A DNA stretch of 64,000 nucleotides from Gemmatimonadales bacterium (GTDB lineage: Bacteria > Gemmatimonadota > Gemmatimonadetes > Gemmatimonadales > GWC2-71-9): the NCBI GenBank assembly GCA_037189525.1, contig JBBCJC010000003.1, forward strand, positions 657,314 through 721,313, in the 5' to 3' direction. The notes below the pieces were generated by a model. The model made no database searches and was not told where the DNA came from. It saw only the letters and a program-made list of their open reading frames with translations. A program made the position numbers and the translations under genes. Shown in pieces: positions 54,740 to 64,000 of the stretch. Numbering within the stretch: the stretch's first letter is position 1; every line of letters starts with the position of its first letter.

Positions 54740-56022
54740 CGACGCGTACGCTCGAAGTCGCCCTCTCGACGCCCAGTCTCGATCCGCAGGGGCGGCCGGT
54801 CCAGGTGCCGCTCGGTGTCGAGCGCCAATCCTCCGGCGACGACCTCGGCGCGGAGCACATGCTGGTCAACATCGGCCCGCAGCATCCGGCCACGCACGGC
54901 GTGTTGCGGCTGGTGCTCGAGCTCGACGGCGAAACCGTGATCCGGTGTATCCCGCACGTCGGGTACCTGCACTCCGGGTTCGAGAAGCTCGCCGAGTACC
55001 GGCACTACAATCAGATCATCCCGCTGACCGATCGGACCGACTACCTCTCGCCGATGGCCAACAACGTCTGTCTGGCGCTGGCGGCCGAGAAGCTGATGGG
55101 GATCGAGATCACGGAGCGCTGCCAGGTGCTTCGGGTCATCGCGTGCGAAATGAGCCGGATCATCTCGCACATCGTCTGGCTGGGCACCACCGGCATCGAT
55201 CTCGGCGCCTTTACCCCGTTCCTCTGGCTCTTCTATCAGCGCGAGCGGATCTACAACCTGCAGGAAGCCTGGACCGGTGCGCGGCTGACGACCAGTCTGA
55301 CCCGGGTGGGCGGCATGCTGGCCGACATTCCGGAAGGCTGGGAAGCCGGACTCCGCCAGTTCTGCGAGACCTTCCCGAAGACGCTCGACGAAGTCGATGC
55401 CGTGTTCAGCAAGAACTCGATCTGGTGCGGCCGGACACAGGGCGTCGGCGTCATCGGCGCCGAAGAAGCGATCAACTACTCGCTCTCCGGGCCGATGCTC
55501 CGGGCCAGCGGCGTGGCGTACGACGTGCGCAAGGACCGTCCGTACCTGGGGTACGAGGACTACGAGTTCGATGTGCCGGTCGGTGAGCACGGCGACATCT
55601 ACGACCGCTACATGCTGCGGCTCGAGGAGATGTACCAGTCAACCCGGATCCTCTCGCAGGCGCTCGACAAGCTGGCGCGCCTCAAGGGAGCGCCGCTCAA
55701 TGCCGAGGATCCCCGGGTCATCCTGCCGCCCAAGTCGGCGGCGATGAGCGACATGGAAGCCATGATCTATCACTTCAAGCAGGTGATGGAAGGGGTCGCC
55801 GCGCCGGCGGGCGAGGCCTACATGGGGATCGAGAATCCCAAGGGTGAGCTGGGCTACTACTTCGTGTCGGACGGAACCGCCAAGCCGGTGCGCTGGCGGA
55901 TCCGGCCGCCGTCGTTCATCAACCTGGCCTGTCTGCCGCGGCTCTGCGAAGGGTCGCTCCTGGCGGACGTCATTGCCATCAACGCGAGTGTCGACATCGT
56001 GATGGGAGAGATCGACCGATGA
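54736..56022 (+). CDS. nuoD: NADH-quinone oxidoreductase subunit D
   Basis: ATGA overlap. NIGPQHPATHGVLRLVLELDGE, GYLHSGFEKL, DIVMGEIDR terminus. Confidence 0.95.
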   Translation: MTTRTLEVALSTPSLDPQGRPVQVPLGVERQSSGDDLGAEHMLVNIGPQHPATHGVLRLVLELDGETVIRCIPHVGYLHSGFEKLAEYRHYNQIIPLTDRTDYLSPMANNVCLALAAEKLMGIEITERCQVLRVIACEMSRIISHIVWLGTTGIDLGAFTPFLWLFYQRERIYNLQEAWTGARLTTSLTRVGGMLADIPEGWEAGLRQFCETFPKTLDEVDAVFSKNSIWCGRTQGVGVIGAEEAINYSLSGPMLRASGVAYDVRKDRPYLGYEDYEFDVPVGEHGDIYDRYMLRLEEMYQSTRILSQALDKLARLKGAPLNAEDPRVILPPKSAAMSDMEAMIYHFKQVMEGVAAPAGEAYMGIENPKGELGYYFVSDGTAKPVRWRIRPPSFINLACLPRLCEGSLLADVIAINASVDIVMGEIDR

Positions 56023-56585
56023 GCGCTCCCGGTTCTCGGCCCGTGCTGCATCAGCTGGGCGGCGTGGCTTCGGGGCATGGCCATGGACACGGGCATGCGG
56101 AGCAACCGTATGCGCCGGTGTTCGTCGGCGACGCGCTGGCCGAACTCCAGGCTCTATTCCCGAAGTATCCCACCAAGCGGGCCTGTCTGTTGCCGGCGCT
56201 CTGGATCGTGCAGGAGCGGCGGGGCTGGATTTCACCGGAGGCCATCGACGAGATCGGCACGGTGCTCGAGTTGTCGCCGGCGTACATCCGCGGGGTGGCG
56301 ACGTTCTACACGATGTATCACTTGCATCCCGTCGGCCGGCACTTCATTCAGGTCTGCGGCACCTCGCCGTGCCACCTGTGCGGCTCGGACCAGGTGCTCG
56401 ACGCCATCGTCCGCGAAACCGGCTGCGGCGAAGTCGGGGCGACCAGCGCCGACGGCCGGTTCACGGTCGTCGAGGTCGAGTGTCTGGGCGCCTGCGGTTT
56501 TGCGACGCCGGTGCTGATCGATGATGACTTCCACGACAGCGTCACGCCGGAGCAAGTGCCCGGCTTGCTGGCGAGGTATTCCTAA
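56019..56585 (+). CDS. nuoE: NADH-quinone oxidoreductase subunit E (with N-terminal Gly-His repeat)
   Basis: ATGA overlap. VCGTSPCHLCG and VECLGACG 2Fe-2S ligand motifs. N-terminus contains SGHGHGHGHAE. Confidence 0.9.
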   Translation: MSAPGSRPVLHQLGGVASGHGHGHGHAEQPYAPVFVGDALAELQALFPKYPTKRACLLPALWIVQERRGWISPEAIDEIGTVLELSPAYIRGVATFYTMYHLHPVGRHFIQVCGTSPCHLCGSDQVLDAIVRETGCGEVGATSADGRFTVVEVECLGACGFATPVLIDDDFHDSVTPEQVPGLLARYS

Positions 56586-57892
56586 TGGGTTATCCGCATC
56601 GTCCGCATGCCAAGGAGACGGTCGTCCTGTCCGAATACTTCGGCGACGCCGAGGCGCGGACTTACGACGGCTGGGTCAAGCGGGGCGGCTATCAGGCGCT
56701 CAAGAAGGCGCTGGGCATGACGCCCGACGCAATCATCGAGGAAATCAAAGCCTCGGGATTGCGCGGTCGCGGCGGCGCCGGCTTCCCGACCGGACTCAAG
56801 TGGAGCTTCATGCCGAAGGGCGACGGCAAGCCCCACTATCTCGTCTGCAATGCCGACGAGTCGGAGCCGGGCACGTTCAAAGACCGGGAAATCATGCGGT
56901 GGACGCCGCACCAGCTGATCGAAGGATGCGCCATCGGGGCGTATTCGATCGGGGCGGAGCGCTGCTACATCTACATTCGCGGCGAGTTCACCGAGCCGTG
57001 GCGGATCATGAATGCGGCGGTCGCCGAGGCGTATCAGAACGGCGCGTTGGGCGACAACGTCTTCGGGTCCGGCAAGCGGATCGACATCGTGCTGCATCGC
57101 GGGGCGGGGGCGTACATCTGCGGTGAAGAGACCGCGATGATGAACTCGATCGAGGGACGGCGCGGCAATCCGCGGATCAAGCCGCCGTTTCCTGCGCAGG
57201 CCGGTCTGTTCGGGATGCCGACGACGATCAACAACGTCGAAACGCTGACGGCCACGAGCCACATCCTGAACCGTGGCGCGGCCTGGTATAAAGGCCTCTG
57301 CCTCAACAATCCGAAGAGCACCGGGACCAAGCTGTTCTCGGTCTGCGGTCACGTGATGAAGCCCGGGAATTTCGAGATCACCATGGGCTTCCCGATGAAG
57401 GATCTGATCCACGATCTGGCCGGCGGAATGCGGCCGGGACGCCGGCTCAAGGCCGTCATTCCGGGTGGTTCGTCCGTGCCGATCATGACGGCCGCGGAAG
57501 CCGAAGCGGCGCTCTGCGACTATGAGGGCATCATCGAGAAGGGCTCGATGCTCGGCTCGGCCGGTTTCATCGTGATGGATGACTCGGCCGATCTGGTCTA
57601 CGAGATCTATCGGCTCGCCAAGTTCTATGCGCACGAGTCGTGTGCGCAGTGCACCCAGTGCCGGGAAGGGACGGCCTGGACCACCAAGATCCTGGAGCGG
57701 ATCTTGAAGGGCGAGGGCAAGCCGTCCGATCTGGATCTGCTGCTCGACCTCTCGGATCAGATGACGGGTAAGACGATCTGCGTGTTGAGCGATTCCTGCG
57801 CAACGCCGATCGTCAGCGGCATCAAGAAGTTCCCGGAAGAATTCGAAGCGTACCTGAGTCGGGCCAAGGCGCCGGCCCTGGCGGCCGTATGA
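56585..57892 (+). CDS. nuoF: NADH-quinone oxidoreductase subunit F
   Basis: GLRGRGGAGFPTGLKW, CNADESEPGTFKDR, ESCAQCTQCREG. Confidence 0.95.
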   Translation: MGYPHRPHAKETVVLSEYFGDAEARTYDGWVKRGGYQALKKALGMTPDAIIEEIKASGLRGRGGAGFPTGLKWSFMPKGDGKPHYLVCNADESEPGTFKDREIMRWTPHQLIEGCAIGAYSIGAERCYIYIRGEFTEPWRIMNAAVAEAYQNGALGDNVFGSGKRIDIVLHRGAGAYICGEETAMMNSIEGRRGNPRIKPPFPAQAGLFGMPTTINNVETLTATSHILNRGAAWYKGLCLNNPKSTGTKLFSVCGHVMKPGNFEITMGFPMKDLIHDLAGGMRPGRRLKAVIPGGSSVPIMTAAEAEAALCDYEGIIEKGSMLGSAGFIVMDDSADLVYEIYRLAKFYAHESCAQCTQCREGTAWTTKILERILKGEGKPSDLDLLLDLSDQMTGKTICVLSDSCATPIVSGIKKFPEEFEAYLSRAKAPALAAV

Positions 57893-59454
57893 GCGAACTC
57901 GTCAACGTAACTATCGACGGCGTGTCGGTGTCGGTGCCGAAGGGCACCTCGATCATCGAGGCTGCCAAGCAGGCGGGCGTTCTGGTCCCGCACTATTGCT
58001 ACCATCCGTCGCTGCCGTCGCCTGCGGTGTGCCGCATGTGCCTGGTCGAGGTCGAAAAGGCCCCCAAGCTCTTACCGGCCTGCGTCACCACGGTGGCCGA
58101 CGGCAATGTGATTCACGTCAACAGCGCCGCGGCCAAGAAGGCGCGCGAAGCCGTCCTCGAGTTCCTGCTGATCAACCATCCGCTCGATTGCCCGATCTGC
58201 GATCAGGCCGGCGAATGCGAGCTGCAGGACTATGTCTTCCAGGAGGGCCGGCCGGGTACCCGCTACGCGGACTATGCCAAGCGGTACAATCCGGTCGAGG
58301 ACTTCGGCCCCGACGTGTTGTACGTCGCCAACCGCTGCATTCTCTGCACCCGCTGCGTTCGCTTCATGGAGAATGTGGCCGACGAACCGGTGCTCAACGT
58401 CTCGGAGCGCGGCGATCGGGCCTTCATCGGGATCGATCCCGACCATCTGCTGAGCCATCCCTGGTCCGGCAACGTGGTCGACCTCTGCCCGGTCGGGTCG
58501 CTGATCTCCAAGGACTTCTTGCACAAAGCGCGGGCCTGGGATCTCGACAAGACGGCGAGTATCTGCCCGGGATGCACCCAGGGCTGCAACATCATGGTCG
58601 ATACCCGCGACGAAGTGGTCGTGCGGCTCAGGCCGCGGCCCAATCTCGAGGTCAATCGCCATTTCATCTGTGATACCGGCCGCCTCGACTACCGCTGGAT
58701 GAACCGCGGCGATCGGATCGAGGTGCCGCTGGTCCGCGACGGTGCCCGGTTGGCGCCGATCGACTGGGACGACGCCATCGAGCGGCTGGCGTCGTTGGTG
58801 CGCGATGCCAAGTCGATCACTGTGCTCGCTTCCGGACGGGCGTCGACCGAAGCCCTCGGCACGGTGGCGCGACTGGTGCGCCGGGCCGATGTGACGGCGG
58901 TGGTCAAGGTTCCGACGGGTCCGGAAGCGCCGCTGGCCGGGGTGCCCAACCTGTCGCTGCGCGCCGAGCGGGTGCCCAATCTCAACGGGGCGCAGTTGCT
59001 CGGGTACACGGCGGATTGGGCGGCGGGCATTGCCTCTGCCCAGCGAGCGGACCTGGTTCTGGTGCTCGACGCCGACCTCGACGATCGCGACCTGGCCGCG
59101 GTGGCCGGTGCCAAGGCGGTGGTCTTGATCGGCACGGTCGATGATGATCGTCTCGAGCGCGCCACGTTGGTGCTGCCCACCACGAACATGGTCGAAGAGA
59201 ACGGGACCTACGTCAACCGGGACAACCGGGTGCAACGGTACTTCCAGGCCAAGGGCGCGCCCGGGATGGCGCGGCCGGCCTGGTGGATCGGAGCGAGTGC
59301 CGCGGCCGAACTCGACGGCGGGTCGGTCCCGGCCACGGCCGGCGACGCTTTTGCCGAACTGACCCAAGCGGTCACGACGTTCGATGACCTCACCTACCAG
59401 GATCTGGGCTTTGTCGGCCGGGTCGTCGGCCGGACGGCGGAGGCGCTGCGATGA
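57889..59454 (+). CDS. nuoG: NADH-quinone oxidoreductase subunit G (short form, 521 aa)
   Basis: ATGA overlap. N-terminal 2Fe-2S region (CYHPSLPSPAVCRMCLVEV), HPLDCPICDQAGECELQ, CILCTRCVRF, CPVGSL. Confidence 0.9.
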   Translation: MSELVNVTIDGVSVSVPKGTSIIEAAKQAGVLVPHYCYHPSLPSPAVCRMCLVEVEKAPKLLPACVTTVADGNVIHVNSAAAKKAREAVLEFLLINHPLDCPICDQAGECELQDYVFQEGRPGTRYADYAKRYNPVEDFGPDVLYVANRCILCTRCVRFMENVADEPVLNVSERGDRAFIGIDPDHLLSHPWSGNVVDLCPVGSLISKDFLHKARAWDLDKTASICPGCTQGCNIMVDTRDEVVVRLRPRPNLEVNRHFICDTGRLDYRWMNRGDRIEVPLVRDGARLAPIDWDDAIERLASLVRDAKSITVLASGRASTEALGTVARLVRRADVTAVVKVPTGPEAPLAGVPNLSLRAERVPNLNGAQLLGYTADWAAGIASAQRADLVLVLDADLDDRDLAAVAGAKAVVLIGTVDDDRLERATLVLPTTNMVEENGTYVNRDNRVQRYFQAKGAPGMARPAWWIGASAAAELDGGSVPATAGDAFAELTQAVTTFDDLTYQDLGFVGRVVGRTAEALR

Positions 59455-60677
59455 CGCCCGAAACCAAGGGGCTCCTGATTCTGTCGTCACTCAAGATGCT
59501 CGTGGTCTTTACGGTCACGATGGTCGGCGTGGCGATGATGACCTGGATGGAGCGGAAAGTCTGTTCGTGGATGCAGAACCGCCGCGGCCCCAATCGGGTG
59601 GGCTGGGCGGGGCTGCTGCAACCCGCAGCCGATGGGCTCAAGAACATCGTCAAGGAAGAGACGTTCCCGGAGGAGGCCAACAGCTTCCTCTTCATCCTGG
59701 CGCCGGCCATGGCCTTCATTCCGGCGCTGCTGCTCGGGTCGGTAATTCCCTGGGGCGCGCCGATTCAGGTCGATTTCGACTGGCAGCTGCCGCTGCTCGG
59801 AGCGGTGTCGTACCACGGCCTGTTGCCGCTGTCGGTCATCGATCTGCCGATCGGGTTCCTGTTCGTCTTTGCGATCAGTTCGCTCGGTATCTACGGCATC
59901 GTGCTCGCCGGCTGGGCATCGAACAGCAAGTACAGCATGCTGGGCGGCCTGCGCGCGACGGCCCAGATGGTTTCCTATGAAGTCGCGCTGGGCTTGAGCC
60001 TGGTGCCGGTGTTGCTGGTGGCGGGGAACCCGACCTTCTCGCAGATCATCAGCGCGCAGCAGAGCGGGCCGTTGTCATGGTTTGCGCTCCAGCTGACGGT
60101 GGCGTTCTTCGTCTTCATGGTGGCGGCGTTTGCGGAAACCAATCGGTTGCCGTTCGACATGCCTGAGGCCGAGTCCGAGCTGATTGCCGGATACCACACC
60201 GAATACTCGGCCATGAAGTTCTCGATGTTCTTCATTGCCGAGTATGCCAACATCCTGACCATGTCGGCGATGATGGCGACACTGTTCTTCGGCGGCTGGG
60301 ACATCCCGTTCACGAGTTGGGATCAGGGCGGCTCGCTCGTGGCGACGATCGCGACGGCGGCCATGATGTTCCTCAAGACGACCTTCTTCGTGTTCTTCTT
60401 CATGTGGATTCGCTGGACTCTGCCGCGGTTCCGCTATGACCAGCTGATGTCGCTCGGGTGGAAGTTCATGATTCCACTCGCGCTGGTCTATGTCGTCGTG
60501 GTGGCGCTGGTGATGTGGGGCATCGAAAGTGTGGCCGGGATCACGAGCCCGCTGGTCAAGTCGCTCGTCTTCCTGGGTATCAACGTGGTCGCGTGTTACG
60601 TGATCTTCTTCATTCTCGACCGGGGTACGCTGGTGTCGGGATCGTACCGTCGCGCCGTAGGCGCGGCGAGGGGCTGA
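59451..60677 (+). CDS. nuoH: NADH-quinone oxidoreductase subunit H
   Basis: ATGA overlap. MERKVCSWMQNRRGPNRVG, AETNRLPFDMPEAESELIAGYHTEYS. Confidence 0.95.
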   Translation: MTPETKGLLILSSLKMLVVFTVTMVGVAMMTWMERKVCSWMQNRRGPNRVGWAGLLQPAADGLKNIVKEETFPEEANSFLFILAPAMAFIPALLLGSVIPWGAPIQVDFDWQLPLLGAVSYHGLLPLSVIDLPIGFLFVFAISSLGIYGIVLAGWASNSKYSMLGGLRATAQMVSYEVALGLSLVPVLLVAGNPTFSQIISAQQSGPLSWFALQLTVAFFVFMVAAFAETNRLPFDMPEAESELIAGYHTEYSAMKFSMFFIAEYANILTMSAMMATLFFGGWDIPFTSWDQGGSLVATIATAAMMFLKTTFFVFFFMWIRWTLPRFRYDQLMSLGWKFMIPLALVYVVVVALVMWGIESVAGITSPLVKSLVFLGINVVACYVIFFILDRGTLVSGSYRRAVGAARG

Positions 60678-60681
60678 GCAT

Positions 60682-61200
60682 ATGGCGATCGGCGTCAAGG
60701 TCATGAAGCGCCCGGAGCGTGAGATGAGTTACATCCGCGCGACGCTCAAGGGGCTGTCATTGACCTTCAAGAACATGTTCCGCACCAAAGTCACCATGCA
60801 GTACCCGGAAGAGCGGAGTACGGCGGATGAGCGCGGCAGCTACACGCTCTCGCCCCGGTGGCGGGGAACCCACCGGATGCTGGCGGACGAGCAGGGGCGG
60901 TCCAAGTGCGTCGCCTGCGGACTCTGCCCGCAGATCTGCCCAGCCAACTGCATCAAGCTGGTGCCCGGCGAAGACGAAGAGGGCAACCGGTACCCGCTGA
61001 TCTACGAGATCGACGAGTTCCGCTGCGTCTTCTGCGGTTACTGCCAGGAAGTCTGTCCCGAGGAGGCGATCCACGTCGGCGTGCATTATGAAAACGCCGA
61101 GTACAGCCGGGACCGGTTCGTCTATGATCTGGAGCGCCTGACATCGCAGACCCATCCGGTGTCGTCGCTCTGGGATCCCGCCGATCCGCGGGGGCAGTAA
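60682..61200 (+). CDS. nuoI: NADH-quinone oxidoreductase subunit I
   Basis: Two ferredoxin motifs, CVACGLCPQICP and CVFCGYCQEVCP. Confidence 0.95.
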   Translation: MAIGVKVMKRPEREMSYIRATLKGLSLTFKNMFRTKVTMQYPEERSTADERGSYTLSPRWRGTHRMLADEQGRSKCVACGLCPQICPANCIKLVPGEDEEGNRYPLIYEIDEFRCVFCGYCQEVCPEEAIHVGVHYENAEYSRDRFVYDLERLTSQTHPVSSLWDPADPRGQ

Positions 61201-61760
61201 TGGTCGAATTCGTCTTCTACACGCTGGCGATCATGGCGGTCGTCTCGGCGATCCTCTGTATCACCCGGCAGAGTCCGGTGCCGGCGGCATTGTGGCTCGT
61301 GTCGACCATGTTTTCGCTGGCGGGGATCTACGTCCTGCTCAACGCGCAGTTCATCGCCGCGATGCAGGTTCTGGTCTACGCCGGTGCCATCATGGTGCTC
61401 TTCCTGTTCGTCATCATGCTGCTCAATCTGGGGCGGGGTGAGGAGTCGGATCTCAAGAAGGGGCCCATCGTGGGCGTCGCGGCGGCGCTGGGCATTGCGC
61501 TGATTGCTGCGCTGTGGGTCGTGCGCGGTACCTCGACCGCCAGCCTCGCCGCGGCGCTGGGCACGGTGCCCGGGGCTTCCGGTCCGTCGGCGGCGCTGCC
61601 GGGCGCGGCGGCCGTCCATGCCACCGAGTCGTTCACCAATGCGGTCGGGGCGGTTGCCTCGCCGATGTTCCGTACCTATCTCGTGCCGTTCGAACTCACC
61701 TCGGTGCTGCTGCTGGCCGCGGCGGTGGGAGCGGTCGTGCTCGCGAAACGGAAGATCTGA
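61200..61760 (+). CDS. nuoJ: NADH-quinone oxidoreductase subunit J
   Basis: 1-nt overlap with nuo[27 protein letters not shown]-terminal [22 protein letters not shown]. Confidence 0.9.
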   Translation: MVEFVFYTLAIMAVVSAILCITRQSPVPAALWLVSTMFSLAGIYVLLNAQFIAAMQVLVYAGAIMVLFLFVIMLLNLGRGEESDLKKGPIVGVAAALGIALIAALWVVRGTSTASLAAALGTVPGASGPSAALPGAAAVHATESFTNAVGAVASPMFRTYLVPFELTSVLLLAAAVGAVVLAKRKI

Positions 61761-62056
61761 TGCTCCTGGAACATTCGCTCATCCTGTCGGCGGCCCTCTT
61801 CACGATCGGTGTCGTGGGCGTGATGATCCGCCGCAATGCGATCGTGCTGTTCATGTGCGTCGAGCTGATGCTCAACGCCGTGAACCTCTCGTTCGTGGCG
61901 CTGTCGACGGCGCACGGCTTTACCGGACAGGTCATGGTGTTCTTCGTCATGACCGTCGCGGCAGCCGAGGCGGCCGTGGGCCTGGCCATCATTCTCGCGA
62001 TCTTCCGGCATACCCGGTCGGTTGACCTCAAGACCATGAACCTGCTGCAAGGCTGA
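61760..62056 (+). CDS. nuoK: NADH-quinone oxidoreductase subunit K
   Basis: ATG 61760 (TGATG overlap), within the longer 61514.. [44 protein letters not shown]. Confidence 0.9.
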   Translation: MLLEHSLILSAALFTIGVVGVMIRRNAIVLFMCVELMLNAVNLSFVALSTAHGFTGQVMVFFVMTVAAAEAAVGLAIILAIFRHTRSVDLKTMNLLQG

Positions 62057-64000
62057 TGAATCCCTCCTGGATTTGGCTGGCCATCGCGCTTCCGTTCGCC
62101 GGCTTTCTGGTGAACGGCACGCTCGCCCTGGTCAAGCCTGATGCGAAGCGGCTGGTCACATTGGTCGGCCCTGGTGTGCTGCTGGCGGCCTTTGCCGTCG
62201 CGGCGTCGGTGTTCGTCGGCTTTGCCGGGCAGCCGCCTCAAGCCCCGGTCATCGTGCCGCTCTGGACCTGGATCGCGACCGGTGCGCTCGATCTCGGCTT
62301 CTCTCTGCAGGTGGACCAGCTCTCGCTCGTGATGCTGCTGGTCATCACCGGGGTCGGCAGCCTGATCCACATCTTCAGCGTCGGCTACATGTCGTCGGAT
62401 CCGGGGTACGCGAAGTTCTTCGCCTACCTGAATCTGTTCGTCGTGTTCATGCTGGTGCTGGTGCTGGGGTCGAGTCTGCCGGTGCTGTTCATCGGCTGGG
62501 AAGGCGTCGGTCTCTGTTCGTATCTGCTGATCGGCTTCTGGTACCAGGACAAGGCCAACGCCGATGCCGGTAAGAAGGCCTTCATCGTCAACCGGATCGG
62601 CGACCTCGGCGTTCTGATCGCGATGTTCCTGATCTTCTGGTCGCTCGGTACGCTCGAGTTCCGGGAAATTGCCGAGCGCGCGCCGAGCGGGCTGCTGGTG
62701 GGCGGCGGCCTGGTTACGGCGATCACGCTCTTCCTGTTCCTGGGCTGCACCGGCAAGTCGGCGCAGATTCCGCTCTTTACCTGGCTGCCGGACGCCATGG
62801 CGGGTCCGACGCCGGTGTCGGCGCTGATCCACGCGGCCACGATGGTTACGGCCGGCGTGTACCTGATTGCCCGGACCAGTGTCCTGTTCGCGATGGCGCC
62901 GCTCTCGAGCGCCATCGTGGCGGGCGTCGGCGCGCTGACCGCGCTCTTCGCGGCGTCGATCGGTCTACGCCAGTATGACATCAAGAAAGTTCTTGCCTAT
63001 TCGACCGTGTCCCAGCTGGGCTACATGTTCCTGGGCGTCGGGTCGGCGGCGTACACGGCGGGCGTCTTTCATCTGGTGACGCACGCCTTCTTCAAGGCAC
63101 TCCTCTTTCTCGGCTCGGGCAGCGTGATCCACGCGATGCACCATGCGTATCATGCCACCCACAGCCACGACGACGCGCAGGACATGCGGAATATGGGCGG
63201 CCTCAAGAAGTACATGCCGGCCACCTATATCCTGATGCTGCTCTCGACGCTGGCCATTGCGGGCGTGCCGCCGTTCTCGGGCTTCTTCTCCAAGGATGAG
63301 ATCCTGGCCACGGCGTTCGGGCGGGCGCACGAGCACCCGATCTACTACGTCTTCTGGGCCATGGGCGCGATCGCGGCGCTGCTGACGGCGTTCTACATGA
63401 TGCGCCTGATCGCGATGACCTTCCTGGGCGAGAATCGCACCGGCGCCAAGGAGCAGGAGCATTTGCATGAGGCGCCGGCGGTCATGACCGGTCCGCTCGT
63501 CGTGCTCGGCGTGCTGGCGGTCATCGGCGGGGTGCTCAACCTGCCGAGCTTCTGGCCGACCGGTCCGCACCATGTGCTCGAGAACTGGCTCGAGCCCGTG
63601 CTCGCGCCGGCCGCCGTCTTCATGCAGGCGCAACATCCGCACGGGGCGACCGAATACATCCTGATCGGCCTGGCCATCGCGATCGCCGTGGCGGGGTTGT
63701 ACGCGGGCTATCGGACTACGCTCGCCAAGCCGATTCCGGTTGCCAAGCAGGCGCCGGAAGAGGTCGGCTTTGCCAAGGTCCTCTTCAACAAGTACTACAT
63801 CGACGAGATCTATCAGTCGCTCATCGTCCGGCCGCTGGTCGGCGGTTCGCGCTATATCCTCTGGAAGTTCTTCGACCAGGGCGTCATCGATGGACTGGGT
63901 GTCAATGGTTCCGGCGGCTTGGCCCGCGGGATCGGCTGGCTGGGCAGCCGGTTGCAGACCGGCCAACTCGGCTTCTATGTCCTCGTGTTCGTGGTCGGCG
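62056..64000 (+). CDS. nuoL: NADH-quinone oxidoreductase subunit L, 3' end outside window
   Basis: Not in the ORF track because there is no stop inside the window. My own translation from ATG 62056 (TGATG overlap with nuoK) reads [21 protein letters not shown]...LSLVMLLVITGVGSLIHIFSVGYMSSDPGYAKFFAYLNLF..., which is typical NuoL. The frame stays open to the window end. Confidence 0.9.
   Translation, partial: MNPSWIWLAIALPFAGFLVNGTLALVKPDAKRLVTLVGPGVLLAAFAVAASVFVGFAGQPPQAPVIVPLWTWIATGALDLGFSLQVDQLSLVMLLVITGVGSLIHIFSVGYMSSDPGYAKFFAYLNLFVVFMLVLVLGSSLPVLFIGWEGVGLCSYLLIGFWYQDKANADAGKKAFIVNRIGDLGVLIAMFLIFWSLGTLEFREIAERAPSGLLVGGGLVTAITLFLFLGCTGKSAQIPLFTWLPDAMAGPTPVSALIHAATMVTAGVYLIARTSVLFAMAPLSSAIVAGVGALTALFAASIGLRQYDIKKVLAYSTVSQLGYMFLGVGSAAYTAGVFHLVTHAFFKALLFLGSGSVIHAMHHAYHATHSHDDAQDMRNMGGLKKYMPATYILMLLSTLAIAGVPPFSGFFSKDEILATAFGRAHEHPIYYVFWAMGAIAALLTAFYMMRLIAMTFLGENRTGAKEQEHLHEAPAVMTGPLVVLGVLAVIGGVLNLPSFWPTGPHHVLENWLEPVLAPAAVFMQAQHPHGATEYILIGLAIAIAVAGLYAGYRTTLAKPIPVAKQAPEEVGFAKVLFNKYYIDEIYQSLIVRPLVGGSRYILWKFFDQGVIDGLGVNGSGGLARGIGWLGSRLQTGQLGFYVLVFVVG

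Overview
This is a densely coding, high-GC bacterial chromosomal segment. 60-nt lines I hand-counted in ordinary genes are about 62% G+C or higher. No homology search was possible, so every call rests on motifs I recognise in the supplied translations and on start, stop and hairpin positions read from the DNA.

Gene content, left to right:
- 3' end of an acyl-CoA carboxylase carboxyltransferase, then a large lipoprotein S8 protease with tripeptidyl-peptidase-II-like spacing and a coupled 56-aa membrane ORF.
- An AT-richer gap, then a Zn-ribbon SAM methyltransferase and a minimal RecQ.
- A repeat-containing membrane protein with a decayed 3' extension, then an acyl-CoA dehydrogenase.
- RNase E/G behind a roughly 400-nt leader, then rplU-rpmA.
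- On the minus strand, an Ig-like/beta-lactamase-fold lipoprotein, two paralogous amidohydrolases and a secreted hypothetical.
- ECF sigma, anti-sigma and an LTXXQ-like protein, followed by NfeD-FloA-YqfB-like genes.
- A lower-GC CarboxypepD_reg/plug-like gene plus a truncated paralog, then ppa and tRNA-Leu(CAA).
- About 27 kb entirely on the + strand: pepA-lipoprotein-plug OMP; yicC-gmk-rpoZ-coaBC-udg4-dnaB-radA-ispD-tsaC-LMW PTP-aroE-comF; gap-pgk-tpiA; secG; carA; an HU/IHF-like gene; moaD-moaE-moaA-trmL; mdh-sdhCAB; and a beta-propeller lipoprotein.
- An esterase and dcd on the minus strand, then nuoA through a 3'-truncated nuoL.

I saw no rRNA, CRISPR array, transposase, integrase or phage genes. 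The gene content (FloA/NfeD, many exported peptidases and amidohydrolases, CarboxypepD_reg/plug proteins) and the GC level suggest a Gemmatimonadota- or Acidobacteriota-like organism, but that is only a guess.

I did not find a convincing, clearly novel multi-gene system. The best leads, all modest, are:
- the ECF sigma module placed directly upstream of NfeD-FloA;
- the pepA-lipoprotein-plug OMP operon;
- the long RNase E/G leader;
- two decayed reading frames (6382-6604 and 3645-3908);
- the lower-GC paralog pair next to tRNA-Leu;
- the exported TPPII-like protease.
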